DNA of 52,424 bases, the filler included, from Bipalium vagum (taxonomy: Eukaryota): assembly GCA_037834085.1 (NCBI GenBank). It is 3 parts of 3 records of this genome, joined end to end, with 100 filler letters (N's around TTAATTAATTAA, not from the genome) between each part and the next. Parts side by side here need not be neighbours in the genome. Positions count along the whole stretch, not along the records: positions 17,172 to 34,728 come from JBBMKC010061227.1; positions 34,829 to 52,424 come from JBBMKC010059931.1; 1 more part is not named here. The stretch is one strand, 5' to 3'. A program made the position numbers and the translations under genes. This document shows, in pieces, positions 25,140-40,066 of this stretch; positions within the stretch are counted from its first letter, which is position 1; the number at the start of each line of letters is the position of its first letter. The notes beneath the pieces were generated by a model, which was not told the DNA's origin, did no database searches, and saw only the letters and a list, made by a program, of their open reading frames with translations.

Positions 25140-25350
25140 TAAAATGTCGAGGTCGGGTCAATGAAATCTTCGAGTCAAAACCCGCCACGTACCATAGGGC
25201 CGGAATCGAAAATTTGGCCAAAAGATGGCAACAATGCATAAATTACAATAGATTGTATTTCGAAGATTGAATTCGATTTCTTATTTATGCACACGCTTTT
25301 CATATTTTTTAAAGAGTCACCCAAGTTAACGGGATTTTTTCGAAAGCAAG
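25140..25350 (+). mobile_element. mariner transposase extreme C-terminus
   Basis: VNEIFESKPATYHRAGIENLAKRWQQCINYNRLYFED* corresponds to FFxSKPxxFYxxGIxxLxxRWQxCIxxxGxYFE. Confidence 0.85.
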
Positions 25351-26535
25351 AAAACAGAGTATACTAAAGTTAAGAAAGAGACAGTAAGAATAGAAAACCA
25401 TATTGATATAAAGAAAAAAGGAAATATTTTCCAAATCCTTTTCTTTCTGAGATTTTAAATGGATTCACTACAATCATTCCAAAAAGAAAATTAGTTTGAA
25501 GAAAGCTTTGAATAAGAAACAACCGGAATGGATAACAAGATGTTAATGTGATTTCGTACCATAACAACACCAAATAATATGATCATTCATGCAGTAAGCA
25601 TTACATTAAAGCTTACATTGGAATAAGACTCTAGTCTTATAAATAAAATACTGCTGTAAGATATTATTTAATTGGAGTCGATTTTATAAATAGGACTTTG
25701 TTTTGTAATTGGTTCATTAATTTTCAAAGCATTAGTAAAAGGAAGATTGTCAGAATACCTTTCACTACTTTTGTTCATAAAACAAAAAAATAATTATTTT
25801 AGGACATCTGTATACAGCCATATATGTTTTTCATTATAATAAATAACTTATTATCATAAACAAGAAAACAATATTGACTTAATTAAAAGCTAAGGTAGAA
25901 AAACATTTTAAAAACTAAAAAATAATGAAATTAGCAAATCAAAACAAGACAAATAATAAGATAATTTCGATTTCAGTGAATATGAAAGATACTTCTACCT
26001 GGGTAATCAATGGAATAAGCAGTGAGCTCCGGATAATAAAAAATATGAACAATTGGTTGCTTAAGGAAAATATGAAGAGCAAAAAATTTAAGAACGGAAA
26101 AAATCGATGATAATCCAGTTAAAAGAAAAAACAAGAGCAAAATTAATTTTTTTTAATTGTCCTCTCTTCTATGACCTATATGAAAGACGTTTTCACTGTC
26201 AGATTTTATTTCTGGGAAAACCTTAAGCAAATCAAAAACAAAATTAAATTCAAAGTATTGTTTCATGATAAAAAATAAATAATTTTGTATTAGATAACAC
26301 AGTCACGTGAAATGGTCATTTTCATTGGAATACAATTCAATTTAAAATTTCGGCAATTTAAATTTTTAGGGGTGCTAGAGAATAGCTGATAGTATTTTTA
26401 AAATCAGCATCAAAAACTGATCTTGATAAACAAAATTTTATTTGTGATGAGACATAAAAGTTTTTTGTTGACCACCGTAATTATAAACCTAGTCCTTTGT
26501 TCACAAGATTCAAATCGAAAATACACGATTTAATA

Positions 26536-27318
26536 TTAGGTTGTTTCTAAAATTCTGCCGATTTCTTACTAACACTTTAAAATTAAAACTACCTAGTTAA
26601 AAAAAAGATTTCATTTATTAAAAGTTTCCAGCGCTTTCAGTGACAAGTCTCCATTTAAAAACCAAATATTTTATTCCTAATTTAAAAATTTCTACGGTAT
26701 CACTATTGAAAAAGTATTTCCATTCTGATATCTGTACAGTGATGTGCAGATTATTTGTCACACAGAATTTTTGAAATCTGTCAATTCATAAGACTTGGAT
26801 AGCCTTACAAATTTTCCTTTAGATGACTGGATATTGTCACTGCATCCAAGCTCGTTATAATCACTAACTTAATCAATTTTGCTGTGGATCTTCCTCAATT
26901 AATTGTCGTAGCAAGTCCTCAATGAAATCAGAATGACATCCAGAGTGTTGGCATTCGTCAAAATCGAAATTTCATTTTCTAAATCTGAAAACCAATACTG
27001 ACATGTTCTAACTTTCAGTGCTTCAGCACAGAATGTGTTACTACTGGAATTTTCTTCTGTATTCATTATTTCTTTTAAGGAATGCATAAACAATGCACTT
27101 TGGAAAGTGATCTGTTATCGGTTGATCATCTTGGCACCAATTATTTGATCATCCTTAAATCTTTGTTTAATTAAATAAACAATATGAACAATTAAAACAA
27201 CTTGAATTGATTTCATTGATTTTACTACATGATAATATTGTTTCTTGATTATGTACATTAAGTAGAAATGAAAAAGTATGAAAGCACCTAAAATAATTTT
27301 TTTATATTTAATTTAATA
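26536..27318 (-). mobile_element. internally deleted mariner (N-terminal HTH remnant)
   Basis: FCAEALKVRTCQYWF motif; TATTAGGTTG-type TIR at 26536; the opposite end is degenerate. Confidence 0.65.
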
Positions 27319-27534
27319 TTCAATTTTTTTGCTCAGTAATATTTAGAATATTACTAAAATTGTATCATATTTGGTTTCCTGAAAGTGACCTTGTTATAAG
27401 ACACACCACAAGTTATTGTGTTGTTTTATTGACATAATTATTATAATATGTTAAGCAAACAATCTCCTTAACATTACTTTTTGTGGATAAAAGGTCCTTA
27501 GACTCTTACAGACTCATAACATTAACATATCATA

Positions 27535-28004
27535 GGCGGTACGGCTAAAAAGTACTTAGACTCTACCAGAAATAATGAAGATAACTGAACAGAATTTCTA
27601 TTAACAATACATATATATGTATAGGTCTATTTTCTTGACATAGTCACCGTTCATAACGACGCACTTATACCGCCAGATCTAAAATTGGGGATCCAGTCAT
27701 AGATGGTTGACACACACATGGTTTCTTCACCGTATACCCCTTTCAGCTCATTAGTAACTTCCTGTTTGGTAGCTTCCTTCAGTAGTAAAAACCGGATCAC
27801 ACTTCGAAATTCTACATCTTCAAACATTTTTTTGAATTTATCATGTATAGTGGAAACAAAAATTAGAACATATAAACAAATCATATATTTCAAACATACA
27901 TGTATAATATACATTGTATATATAATTATTATTTTATAATCAAAATTTTATTTAAATATATTCATTATTTCTGGTAGTCTAAATATTTTTTGAGCCTTTC
28001 CACT
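27535..28004 (-). mobile_element. internally deleted mariner with both TIRs and TA TSDs
   Basis: MFEDVEFRSVIRFLLLKEATKQEVTNELKGVYGEETMCVSTIYDWIPNFRSG (HTH). Inverted ends ggctaaaaagtacttagact..accagaaataatgaa and ttcattatttctggtagtctaaatattttttgagcc. Confidence 0.85.
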
Positions 28005-28414
28005 TATGATCATCATTCATGGGGTAATAATTACCTAAAAGCCTATTTAATGTGCAGTATTACATCACTCATCATATTGACCAGATATTTAATTTTCCAG
28101 TCAATGGAATAAAGATTTTTTAGAAAAAAGTATAGACCTCGGAAAATTATCAGGATCTTATTAGAAAACAGATTTCTTCCTAATTAGAATCTAGCTGATT
28201 TTTGAAAATGATTAAAAATACTTTTAATTAGTCTCTTTTTAATTTATTAATCATTTTGATATCCATTTTTTTATTTTTAAAATCAGTTACAACACTCTAT
28301 CAACTGAAATCTATACAAAGACTTTTGTATGAGCTTAGTTTTGAAAAATTTTACACAAAATATTTAAAATTACAAAGACAATAAATTGATTTTAAAAGAA
28401 ATTTGTGCCCTTAC

Positions 28415-28565
28415 CTATTATTGACTCTATATCCGGGAGAACATGTCCAATGGTTTTCAAACATTGCTGGTGGTAATTGACTTCGTTTTTCAACAAATTT
28501 AAAAAGGCTTTTGAAATATTGATGACAGAACTTTCAAATCTATAATGCTCTCGTAATGATAAATC
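28415..28565 (-). CDS. BAR-RhoGAP exon, last helix of the BAR domain
   Basis: tttag|DLSLREHYRFESSVINISKAFLNLLKNEVNYHQQCLKTIGHVLPDIESII(G)|gtaagg; 151 nt, phase 0/1. Aligns by eye to the RICH BAR end (D......Y.F......F..LL.....YH...L......LP). Confidence 0.88.
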
Positions 28566-29199
28566 CTAAAAAAATGAATAAAAATAAGAAAAATTTGGTA
28601 CTTTCCATAGAAAAAAAAACATATTGTGAAGATATGTAAATTTCATTAATAAAGATTTTTTACTTTATTTTTTTATTTTACTTTTATTTTTAAAAAGATG
28701 AAAAACATTAAATTAAATATTTAGTACATCTAAACAAAATATTTGATTTTCCTGAATTTTTGAAAAAAAAACAAGTAAATATCTAAAACTATATATTTTA
28801 TAAAGTAATACATTGTCATTGTAGCATTATAACTCTTGTTTATCAAACCCTTGGATTTTTTGATAAGTAGCTGCAACAAGCAGCGTTTTTCACAGTAATG
28901 AAAAAAATTAAAAAATTTGAAAATTTTAAGGTATGATATATGATGAATGTGAAAATATGTCCCAACCAAGCTTCAAAAGTTTTCGTTGAGTGGCCAAAAA
29001 TATGTGTTGTGTTTTAACTTGTCATGATGAGAAGTATACTTTTCCATTTGGAAAATGTAATAGTTGTATTCCGATTTCCTAAAAAATTAAATTGAAACAA
29101 GAAACTTAAGACACTAACTTATTGATTACTCCTTGAATATATCCTCTAATACTAAGGTAATCTGTAGATTAATTCTAAAAATCAAACCATATACAGTAA

Positions 29200-29990
29200 A
29201 GAAAGGTTCATGATGAATTTTAAGTCTTGGGACATATCAGTTTTACATCTGAGTAATACTACCATACTTGATTGACAGAATTTGTCTTTTCTCTGAGTTG
29301 TCCAGGCCTTTTTTCGAGAAATATGTTTACCAAATGTTTTCAAGTGAATTTATATCCATCGAATTATATTACTATCTTAAACAGCATATTGTGTTTGAAA
29401 AACGTCATCATTCTTTAAAATGTATGAAATGATTCTGATTTTTGCTAAAAGGAACCATTGCGATCAGGGAAAAGTTTTCGCAGCTCTAAAATAATGTTTA
29501 ACTTAAGAACCTTTTCTTTAAGCAGTGCTATTCATCATTTTGGACATGAGTTATAATAATCCAGTGTCCAAAAAATGCACCTCCAAAAATCACAATAAAT
29601 GACCTTTCTTCAGTCATCCTTGGTCCATATTTTGTAATTTTTTGCTCACCTTTTAGTTTCTTGTCATTAGACAGCTGCTACTTCTTTACTGGTCTTTTTG
29701 ATTGTCTCCCACATTCTAGAAACCTTCATCTAACCGTTGACGAGTTTATCTTGACTCTAACATTTCACAGCATGCCATTGTTCTTCTTAGGGCCTATTTT
29801 ATTAAAACGTTAAAACAATGAATTATTTCCTATTGAGGGTCATTTCCTATTTTATCAGCTTATTCCATGCTCCAACACTAACATTGCATTTTGCGATAGC
29901 CCGTTGAGTCATCGATGTGTGTTCGTGTAATCTAATGATTTTCATCCACTTTTGGGGTAATATGTTGATTTTTGGCATTAAAACATTAAA
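29200..29990 (-). mobile_element. highly decayed Tc1-like relic
   Basis: Remnants resembling VMVWGAF..G and MNS..Y motifs on the reverse strand; many disablements. Confidence 0.35.
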
Positions 29991-32900
29991 AGATTCTAAA
30001 AATAGATATGTTCACATTAATGTGCACAATACTGTAGTAGTAATAATAAGAAGTAATAATATTTGACTATTTTTAAATTAAAATAAAATACTTTCTTGAT
30101 AAATCGGAAATCAAAGATCTGTTAGCCCCATAGAAAAATTAAAATACATGTTTAATAATATGGTAGAAATAAGTAAAGTAGTCCATACAAAACAAGGAAA
30201 ATCTTAATGCCTCAATTTTTGCTTGTTTTTTAATTTTTTAACAAAACGGGTGTGGCTTTCTTTATGTTTGTCTTTGATTAAGTCATTTAAGTTCATTTTC
30301 CTGATAAAGAATTTATTATCTATTTTCTGATTCGATCACATATTTTTCAGAATAGTACGTGGTTATATTCGCCTCCTGTAGGTTATCAAAATTTCTTATT
30401 TTTGATTAAAATGGAACAATATTTTTTAATTTCTTCTCTTTCCTAAGAAAAAATAATTAATTTTTCTGTTTATCTATTCAGACTTGTCAGACCTCTGACT
30501 CTCTTCAAACAACTGAACTTTACGTTTTTAGCATTCTTTGGCAGAATTTATTCACTTAATATCTGTGAAATTTCTTTACATTTGCAGTTGATACTATTCC
30601 ATTTTTTACATTATTCCGTTAAAAATTTTTTTCTTATTGCATTTTTGGAGACCGTTTTTGAAATAAATGAGATCTCTCACAAAATAAATAAATAATACAT
30701 TAACAAAATAATGCATGATATTTTTTAAATAATTTAATCGATTGCAGAATTCGAATCTTAGCCTGCCATATTTAAATTTTGCTGACGAAATGGATTATGA
30801 TGAAGCAATGATTATAATTCATAACGAGTTTCAACTTGGAAATAATTTCATGCCAGCAAGTACGAATCTTGCAAACGAGTTTGAAGATGAAGGTCAGAAG
30901 TTTTCAATTAGTTTTCCAGAACTTTAACTTTCCTCATTTTTATTTTTATGTAATCACTTTTATCAAAATACTTAAGCTCAAATTTTAATTATAAAAAAAT
31001 AATAAATTATTTAATATTTTTATAAAGATAAATATAAAAAATATAATAATACTTTATAAAAATAATACTTTAAAAGAAAATGAATAAAAGTGATGTTAAA
31101 AATATAGATTAGATAAGAATTTTTTTAATTAGATTGTGAAAGATTGGAACATTTCCCAAAGATGTTAATGACGAAAGACAAATGGAGTGACGAAAAGATT
31201 TCAAGAATAAAGTACGATATACTTGTAATTGACAAGCGCCTAAGGCAGCCTTTTAATGACATTATATCAACTTACGATAGATCAAAGGGAAATCCTAAAT
31301 GACTGAAGAAATTAAAATATAAAATCATGGTCTGAAGAAACAGAAATGTCCTTAAACACGAACGACTGAACCCTGAAAGATTTTTATAAGAATTCATTTT
31401 GTAATTATAACAGTGAGCAAAGTAATTCTGGTAAATCGTCAAAAATCGTCTTTCAAGGATTAAAACAAAATATCCTTTAGAGATTACAAATTTATAATAA
31501 AGAACATACATGAACAAGTCGATAGAGCCAACTGAACACCAGCACCGTTGTTACTATATATTTCTGTGATTGTTTTATCTCAACAGAATTTCAACGTCAT
31601 GAACTGTTGTGACTTTCTCGGTTGTGTATAATATTTCTATAGCGGGGGAGAAATTTTATATCCTAATTGCTAGTTTCTCTAACTATTCTTTACATTTTCT
31701 ACCAGAATTTTTCTGGAAAGAAACATACATTTTTGAAAGAACTCTGATAAGTTGATCATTGTTTACAGAACAATTAAAATAGTAAATTAGTTAATTATTA
31801 GAGTTTATGTGAATATATTCCAATAACGTACAGTTTGATAAATAAAAATCAAAATTTCTTACGTTATAACCCCAATTATAAATAATATTATGAAATAGTT
31901 TTATTATTATATTTACTATAACCTTATTAAAACTCTACAATTAAACGAAATTCAAATATTCAATTTATGTTAGATTGGTTATTAATATAATAGACCCAAA
32001 TAAACCAAATTAATATAGATCATACAAGAACATAAATAGTTGGGTCTGGATATTTTCTGTTCTACCATACTATTTATACAAGTTGTTTCATAATTAACAT
32101 TCCATCTTTGTTTTTATTAATGTATTTAAATAAAATCAAATTTCAAATAATTTACATTTATCTAAATAAATCAATAAATTAAATAAATACTATCAATTAA
32201 AGACTGCATATTTCTCGTGAAGCTATACTAGAAGAGATGCGAATCTGTAGAATAAGCTATCCGAGAATTTGGAACTGCACTCAATATCAAAAGAAACTGT
32301 CAGTTACCTGATCGCCATACTGTCTATGCTTTGATTAAAATAACACAAAAAGTAATACAATCTGTTACACTGAATTGTCCAGGAAAAAAATCAATATTTA
32401 ATATAATTTTAGAGATATAATTTCAGGTATATTCATATGTACAAAGAACATGAAATACATGTTTTTATACCAAACCAATTTTTCAGTTCTCGTTACATTA
32501 TGTTATAAAAATTCTTTGTGTATTTTTGAAACAATAATCCACAAGTATTTTTCAGCTTTTCAACATTTCTTGACATTTGATTCATCTATCTACATCATTT
32601 TGTAAGTTTGTGTTCTAGTCAGAAAAGAATGAGATAAGCCTCAAATTCAACATCTTTCTATTTCCTTGTCTCTCGAGTCAAAAATCACATTTGCAAAACT
32701 AATATTCAAATGTACAAATTGAAAAAAATAATTAATATAAGCTTCCAACAGCATCCATTGGCTTTCAACAGCCTTTTCATTTTATGAAAACAGAAAATTA
32801 AAGATTCCAATAATAACGATGTTGAGCAAAACTGGACATATTCAATATTAAAAATAACATTTTGCACTTTTTAAATGACAATGAAAATTATTTTCACTTG

Positions 32901-34589
32901 GCGATGACATTAAATAAGTCATAACGATATTACCCCATAAGAAAATCCTTCGGAATTCCTTTTAGATTAATCTATACACAAAATATAAAATCCTTGGGCG
33001 AACTTGTTATTGTCACATCTCAATTAGAGTTTTATAACTCGCTTAATACTTGCGTTTATTAAATACACTAAAGCCAAATGAATTAATTCCAATAAACACA
33101 CTTAAATTTCGATCTCTTTTATCACATCAATAATTTAGTTTTAATATTATTTTATTTATATTTTATTTAACTATCATAATGTACTGGAATGATATCTGTA
33201 GTTTCTAATCGGTATAAATAATAGAACATATCCGGAGTGTTTATTAACATTTGTTTAAATATCATTTAAAAGTTTCATAATAATTAACTTATTTGTCTGT
33301 GCTTTGATGACAGATATCCCTTTCCATAATTAATTAAATAATACTAAATTTCACATGTATTCAAAAATACCAATAATCTTTATGTAACAATTTTTAAAAA
33401 AATTTAATCAATATTTAAAAAAAATTTTAAATTTACAAAAATTTTACTAACAATAATATCATTAAATAGATTAACTTACTATTGGGGAAAATTTATTACA
33501 TAATTTTTATTAAGAAAAAAATTTTCCATACAAGTAAATATGAGAAATGAACATTTTCCTTTTGAAAAAATATACATGAAGAATTTATTTAAAATTAAAC
33601 TTTCGTTTTGCTATTGATTAATATATTACTGGGTTCACAGACTTCTTGTTGACAAAAAAATGTCTCAAAAACAAAATATTTCTAAAATCTGTTTGATGAG
33701 AACTTCATAAAATAGTAAAGAAACGTTTTTTACTAAATAATAATAAAAAATATTATTATTATCAGTTTGACAGAAGTTAATAAAGTCAATTTTCAAGTTA
33801 AATCAATAATACACCAAGATTTAAATTTTATTAATCTTTTGTTTTAATCATTGTGATATTATTAAAAATATTATTTTTATTATTTATAGTAATAATAACA
33901 ATATTAAAAGAAGTACTAGAATCAAAGAAAATTACAAAAGCATCTAGCGACTAGCAACTTGATCTGTGTAAACAGAATTAAGAGCTCATTAATTATCTCA
34001 ATCTTTCTCATTAGAATAATTGATGGCAATTAAATCTCATGACAACAGACAGATCAAGGAATCAAAATTCTATAATTTTTCACAATTATTCAAATGTGCA
34101 CAAATTTTGAACCGAATTTATCCATGTTACTTGAGCCCAATGCAAGTGTCAGGTTTTCCAAGTTCTCTTTCTCAACGTAGCAACGAGCCTCGTTTTAATT
34201 GGTTGATTCGAGAAGATTTTATTTTATTGATTAAAACGCACAACTCTCGATATGGAACAATAATAAAACAAATATTTTTAAAAATCGATTTTATTTACAG
34301 AAAATTTTTGGGGGGGGGAACTTTTCGTAGGCTCTAGAGCCTAAGCACATTTTGTTGGAGTTATTATTCATTTTCATTAGTTATAGAATATTAATTTTCT
34401 CTCAACTTTTACGAATCATTCGCATACTGCTCACGTTTCAAACCCATGACAGAAACAAATGATTTATTTCTAATCAATAATCAAAGATTGAATTATTAAA
34501 TATAATTGAAGAAAAAATGGATTAATCAAACAAGTATATTACTAGAATATTTTATTTTCCAAATTAATCAGAAAACGTATTAGAATTTC

Positions 34590-34672
34590 CCAATAATAAT
34601 TTTTATTATTATTTATTCAGTACTGTTATCATTGCTATTGTTATTATATTATTATTTTTATTTTTATTTTTA

Positions 34673-34704
<32 letters not shown>

Positions 34705-34828
34705 TAATTATACAATATTATAGATCGGNNNNNNNNNNNNNNNNNNNNNNNNNNNNNNNNNNNNNNNNNNNNTTAATTAATTAANNNNNNNNNNNNNNNN
34801 NNNNNNNNNNNNNNNNNNNNNNNNNNNN

Positions 34829-34899
<71 letters not shown>

Positions 34900-34900
34900 G
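34590..34900. repeat. (ATT)n microsatellite flanking the second assembly gap (34729-34828)
   Basis: Pure ATT run at about 34829-34899 and degenerate ATT repeats left of the gap. Confidence 0.95.
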
Positions 34901-35639
34901 CAATTATATTTCATTTAAAATTAATTATTCCTTTACTTGATCAGCAATGATTATTTCTTTTCTTCTTTTAATTACCAACTCATTATTTTACGAAAAGTAT
35001 TTCAATTTTATTAATTAATATGATCGTTATACTTATTTTAGTTTCATATAAAAAATAATTATTTCATTTTTCAACAGAATATTTTAGAACAGAAATAATT
35101 TGAGATAATTTTCTGTTCAATGTTTGCTAAAGTACTTTCATTAGTTTAAATGACTACAAAGGTATTTTGATACATTAAATGCCTCGAGATGAAGATTTTT
35201 ATAAAATCTTATCATTAAAATTGTGAGTTTTACAAATTTTGACAAAAATCATTCGGTTTTAATAACTAATGAAAAATTAAATAAAAATAAAAATTATTAA
35301 TAATAATGATAATAGTTACAAAATATCGTGATAATAATCTAAGACTTCATGAAATTTTATTATGAATTTAACTTCATAAAATTTAAGGAATAGTTTTCAT
35401 TATAAAATAATCTTTAATAAAAATATGACTATTTAAAAAAACATATCCTTTGGTTTTGTTATCACACTTTAAGCTGTTCTTGATCAATACTATTTTTGTA
35501 TTATTAATACATGATAGAGTTTGATTATGATAATTAATTAATATAATATGAATAAAATATTTTAAAAATCTACTGTTTTGTAATATACTACTGTAGTACT
35601 ATAAGAATATATCCATATATTAGAGCACCGATTACTCGT

Positions 35640-36900
35640 CATTATCATTTCTCAGTAAACCAATCATTGGTCTTGACACAATCTTTCAACCGTTTAAAAA
35701 GTTTATGAAATGTTGAATTTTAAAATTTAAATCTTTTTCCGGATTAGCCAAGAAAATTTATGTTGCTTTGGTCGAGAGGTTGGATGAAATGAGATCACAA
35801 CTATACTGATGTTGACTTAGAATACCAAAGCCACAATATTCAATTGTGTAGCGTGATACGGCCATTTAGATTATTAGAATTTCATCGCTTTTTTATCAAC
35901 TCACAGTCAAACTCGCTATTAGTATACATCGACCTATTATCGCAATTAGTGGTTACACTACACCAATTTGATTCCAAAACGCTATCAACTATGACAGAAT
36001 ATTTTTGAGAAACATGCCTCCGTCATAGTTGAAAATATTCAAGTTTAATAGACAATATTGAAGACTATCAATACGCATCTCATCAGTCAAAAATGAGGGT
36101 CGAATAATTTTGAAATGGTTTTTTGCGCTTCATTTAACCTGTTTGATAAATTATCTTTTTCCCTGATTCGATTATTATCTTAAAATTTCAAGTGGACATT
36201 GTGATTTGTTCTAATCCAAAATACGGCTTTTCAGCTTTTAAAAAAAAGTCCAACTATATGGATCACAAGTGTTTTCTCAAAAAAATTGGTAAAGAGGATT
36301 CTCACCATACCCATTTCAGGTGTTATTAATGACATTTTCAATTGAAAGAACTACCACAAGCAAAAATTTATTAACGCTTCAGTATTCAACTTCATGAAAC
36401 CTGAAACTTCCAAATTAGTGCAATAATAATATAAACACAATTGATCATTTAGAAAGAAATTGCTTTTTCCTAGATATTGTTAAGGAACAACTTTAAAAAA
36501 TCATAATAAGAAGTATGTTCATGATTCCTACTTTATTCTCACTACATATTGGGAGTACCAGATTTTCTAATTCAGTGTTATATTTGAAATAAATAAATTT
36601 AATTGATTTGGAAACATCTTATTAAATTTTGTTTTTATTTTACAAAAACATTCACACTTCGCTCCCATTAATATGTTCTAATTCCAAATATTCGACAAAA
36701 CATTTTGATAATCGAATGCCCAATATATATACTCCTTTCAAGAAGAACCATTTAAAATTATTAATTCCAGGTGAACTTTCAGACCAGAAATCAAAATCCC
36801 CGAGATTATTTAATTCTCCTGGAAAAACCCTATGGCCTAATTAAATTCCTTCACATTTCGGAGTAAACTCTCTTTCGTAGACAACGCAGACAACAATCAT
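35640..36900 (-). mobile_element. decayed Tc1/mariner-superfamily relics (WPxxSPDLN-type)
   Basis: Reverse-strand WPYHATQLNIV (about 35835-35865) and WSESSPGINNFKWFF (about 36740-36790) resemble WPxxSPDLNPxDxxxW. Confidence 0.4.
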
Positions 36901-37129
36901 CTCTAATTAGCATTATTTTAAGCCGATCTGCTTCATTAATTATGCTCTGAAATTATCAATTAAATTCTTTGTGGTCATGAATCTTATTTATTTACTGTAC
37001 ATCTATGAGTACTCAGTTAAAGATATGGGGACATGTTTGGAATAAATGTGCTATGAAACTTAATTTTCCGTGACTTTTTAATATTTGTTTAATGTAGAGT
37101 TTTTTTGCTTCTGATTTTCCACTTCTATG

Positions 37130-37830
37130 AGTACTCAGAATTCACTGGTTTTGGTCTTGAAGAGATTGTTGAGCCACTTTTCCATATCTTTGTCTTGTTA
37201 AAAGAAATAGCCGACAGTCATTGATAAAAATGAGAAAAAGATAATATTTTGATGACCTAGGTCTGGAGAATGCGAAAATTTTGAAGGATTTAAAGCTCAT
37301 TCGATTTATTTGAAAGCACATTTAACACCGCAGAGGTATTTTCTTTGTGATTAGGACTTTTTTGTTGAATAAACTTGTTGACTCGATTCAACTGGGACTT
37401 TTTCATGTTCTTCCCAAATTCTTAGTACTTCCCATTGGACCACATTCAATCAATTCCGCGAATTAGATTTTAATATTTTACGAATGGCAGTTTTGCTTAA
37501 AACCTTTGCTTTGGTCTACATTAAAGACAAGCTTTGAATTTCAAGTTAATATAAAAGCAGAATTTGTTTTTAAATCTGAAATCTCGGTAGAAAAAATATT
37601 GTTTGTTATCCATCCATTTAAGGTGACACCGGATCGTATTGAGTTACATCTCACCTTGTTAGCCAATGTCTTGACTGTTTCAAGGTCATCCTCTGTGAAT
37701 GCTCGTTTTGAACTTTGATCCTTGAGTGATGCTGGAATGTACAATTTCAGAAATTGTTAAACTATTCCTTAGCAATTCTCCATTTTATAAAACATTTTGT
37801 GCCCAGATTCCAAAGGTCTCGCTCTTCTGC
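37130..37830 (-). mobile_element. decayed mariner transposase
   Basis: SLKDQSSKRAFTEDDLETVKTL (SLxDxxRSGRP region) and HSPDL...YYLF near 37240-37275. Confidence 0.65.
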
Positions 37831-38847
37831 AACTTTACACCTTAAAAGGTAATAAATGAAAGGTTTATTTCTCTGAAATTTGTACTACAAGAACTCTAAA
37901 AATTATTCAAACTTATTGAAAAAAAATATCTAAATTTTGTAGACCACTGCAAATGCTTAATTATAATTTTCTGTAGATAATCTAAGATTTTAAAATTAAA
38001 ATATATATCTAAGGTATTGTGTGAAATAATTTTCACTTTCGAACATGCTTATAAAAAAATGAATAAATATTTAATAAATGTATCAACCTAACAAAATGTG
38101 ATTTTTCCATAATGAAAATAGTATGGGAAAAATTGAAAATTTCAATTAAATATTATACACAAAAATTATCTTACAACCCATTATTGTATTTTTTTATCGA
38201 CTAAGAGATATTTTTTTATTACATCATTTATATTTATTATCTTATTACTGTTTATTATTTCTATCGTATTCAGTTAAATTTATTGTTTGAATGTGTGGTT
38301 ATAGAAATTATAAATAATGTTTATTTTTTTTAAAAATATTTTATATATTAAAAAAATAAAAAATCAATTATTATGTCTACTAAAATTCAATTACGTCTAC
38401 TTTTTCTAATAATAAATAAAATATAAATAAAACATCTATTAATTTAATTTTCAAAAAATATTTTATCAAAATATATTAATGACAAACAGTTCATTTAAAA
38501 ATATTTTTGAATTATTGATTATAAAAGATTGTTTGTTTTAAAGTGTTTATTTTATTTTAAGTCGTTTAAGGAAAAAAAATGTTTATTTAACTGAATCAAT
38601 AGTTAATAATAACAGAAATAATTTATGTAAAATTATTTTTTGGTGTCTTTATGTATGCAATATTATTAGTTAATAAAAATTTAGTTCAAATAAAATTATT
38701 GACATTTAAAAAAAATAATATATTTATTTCAGAGAATATACAAAATATAAAATCATTTCAAATAAGGATCATTATTTATTTATAATTTACGTAAAACCAT
38801 TTGTGATATATTACGTTAGAAATTATTTAGAAAAATTTAGCTTAATG

Positions 38848-39600
38848 CAGTGTGTTATATAAATAACCGAACTTTTCATTTAAATCATATACTTAAAGTT
38901 TCTTTTGTTTTAACTAATCTTTATTTTAAAATTACATCATTTATCTTTGAAAATCATCGACATTTATTTTATTCAAATTACAGGTTGAATTCTATCTGTA
39001 TTTAAATAAAGTTTTATATCATGCTTATGTCAGATTTACAATGGAAAAAATTGCAAATATTAAATTTTCTTTTAAAATCGGGAAAAAATTTAAAGAGACT
39101 TATGAATTGCTGCAAAGAGTTTATGGTAATGATTGCACATGTTATACACAAGTTTATAAATGGTTTACGCGATTAAAAAATGATCCTGATAGTTTAAATG
39201 ACGATTAAAAGCATGGGCATCCGGATGATGAGAATCGTCCATATTTGTTGGAAAAAGTTCGTGAAATCATTGCTTCTGTTGGTAAAATGACTGTCAGAAT
39301 ATTAACAGAAGAATTAAATACAAGTGTCATTACTATTTGGACAATTTTAACGAAAGATTTTGGTAAAAGAAAGTTTGCTCGCCATGCATTAAATGAATAC
39401 CAAAATAATATTGTAACGTTTTCCTCAATGCTATTGGAAAAAAATTCAGATTATATTGACTTGTAACTATAACTGGTGATGTGACGTGGTGTTTCTAATA
39501 TGATCCACAAATCAAGCGTCAAATTAGTGAATAGAAGTCTAGATGAGCCAAAACCCAACAAATTGCGTTTTCAAAATCAAGAATTAAGACAATCTTATTT
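38848..39600 (+). mobile_element. decayed mariner (irritans-like), 5' half
   Basis: From 39041: MEKIANIKFSFKIGKKFKETYELLQRVYGNDC..TQVYKWF...; later ITGDVTWCF*YDPQIKRQISE* (first catalytic D). Confidence 0.9.
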
Positions 39601-40066
39601 TTATAGAACATATCTTCTCTCATGTACTCTCGACTTTGTATGTTGTACTTTATATATATAACTTTTCCTTAGCATTAGACCTTTAGAAGAACTTTTTTTT
39701 GAGAATCGATAATTTATCTTTATATTTTTTCACCAAAATTCATTATATCATGATAATTGATGTCCAGAATTAAACGAAAAAATTTCACTTTTTATTCCAA
39801 ACGTTTCATTTAAGATTTGAACTTAAAAATAATTCTGAAATGATTCCAGCAACTGTTAATATTTTTCATTAAAAAATGATATTTCTCCTAAATGTGAGGT
39901 ATCAATCATTTTAGCCCATGATAAATATAAAAATAATTATACATACCTGAAATAAAAATCATAATAAAATATAAAAATTAAATTTGGTTAGTTTTCATTA
40001 ATGAGTAATTAATAATTAGAGTAATTTAATAACTAAATTAATAACAAAAAATCGTTTACATGATTA

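Noticed and set aside
30742-31540. Acidic ORF and possible hAT relic (IVKDWNI...)
   Set aside because: Too degraded to assign.
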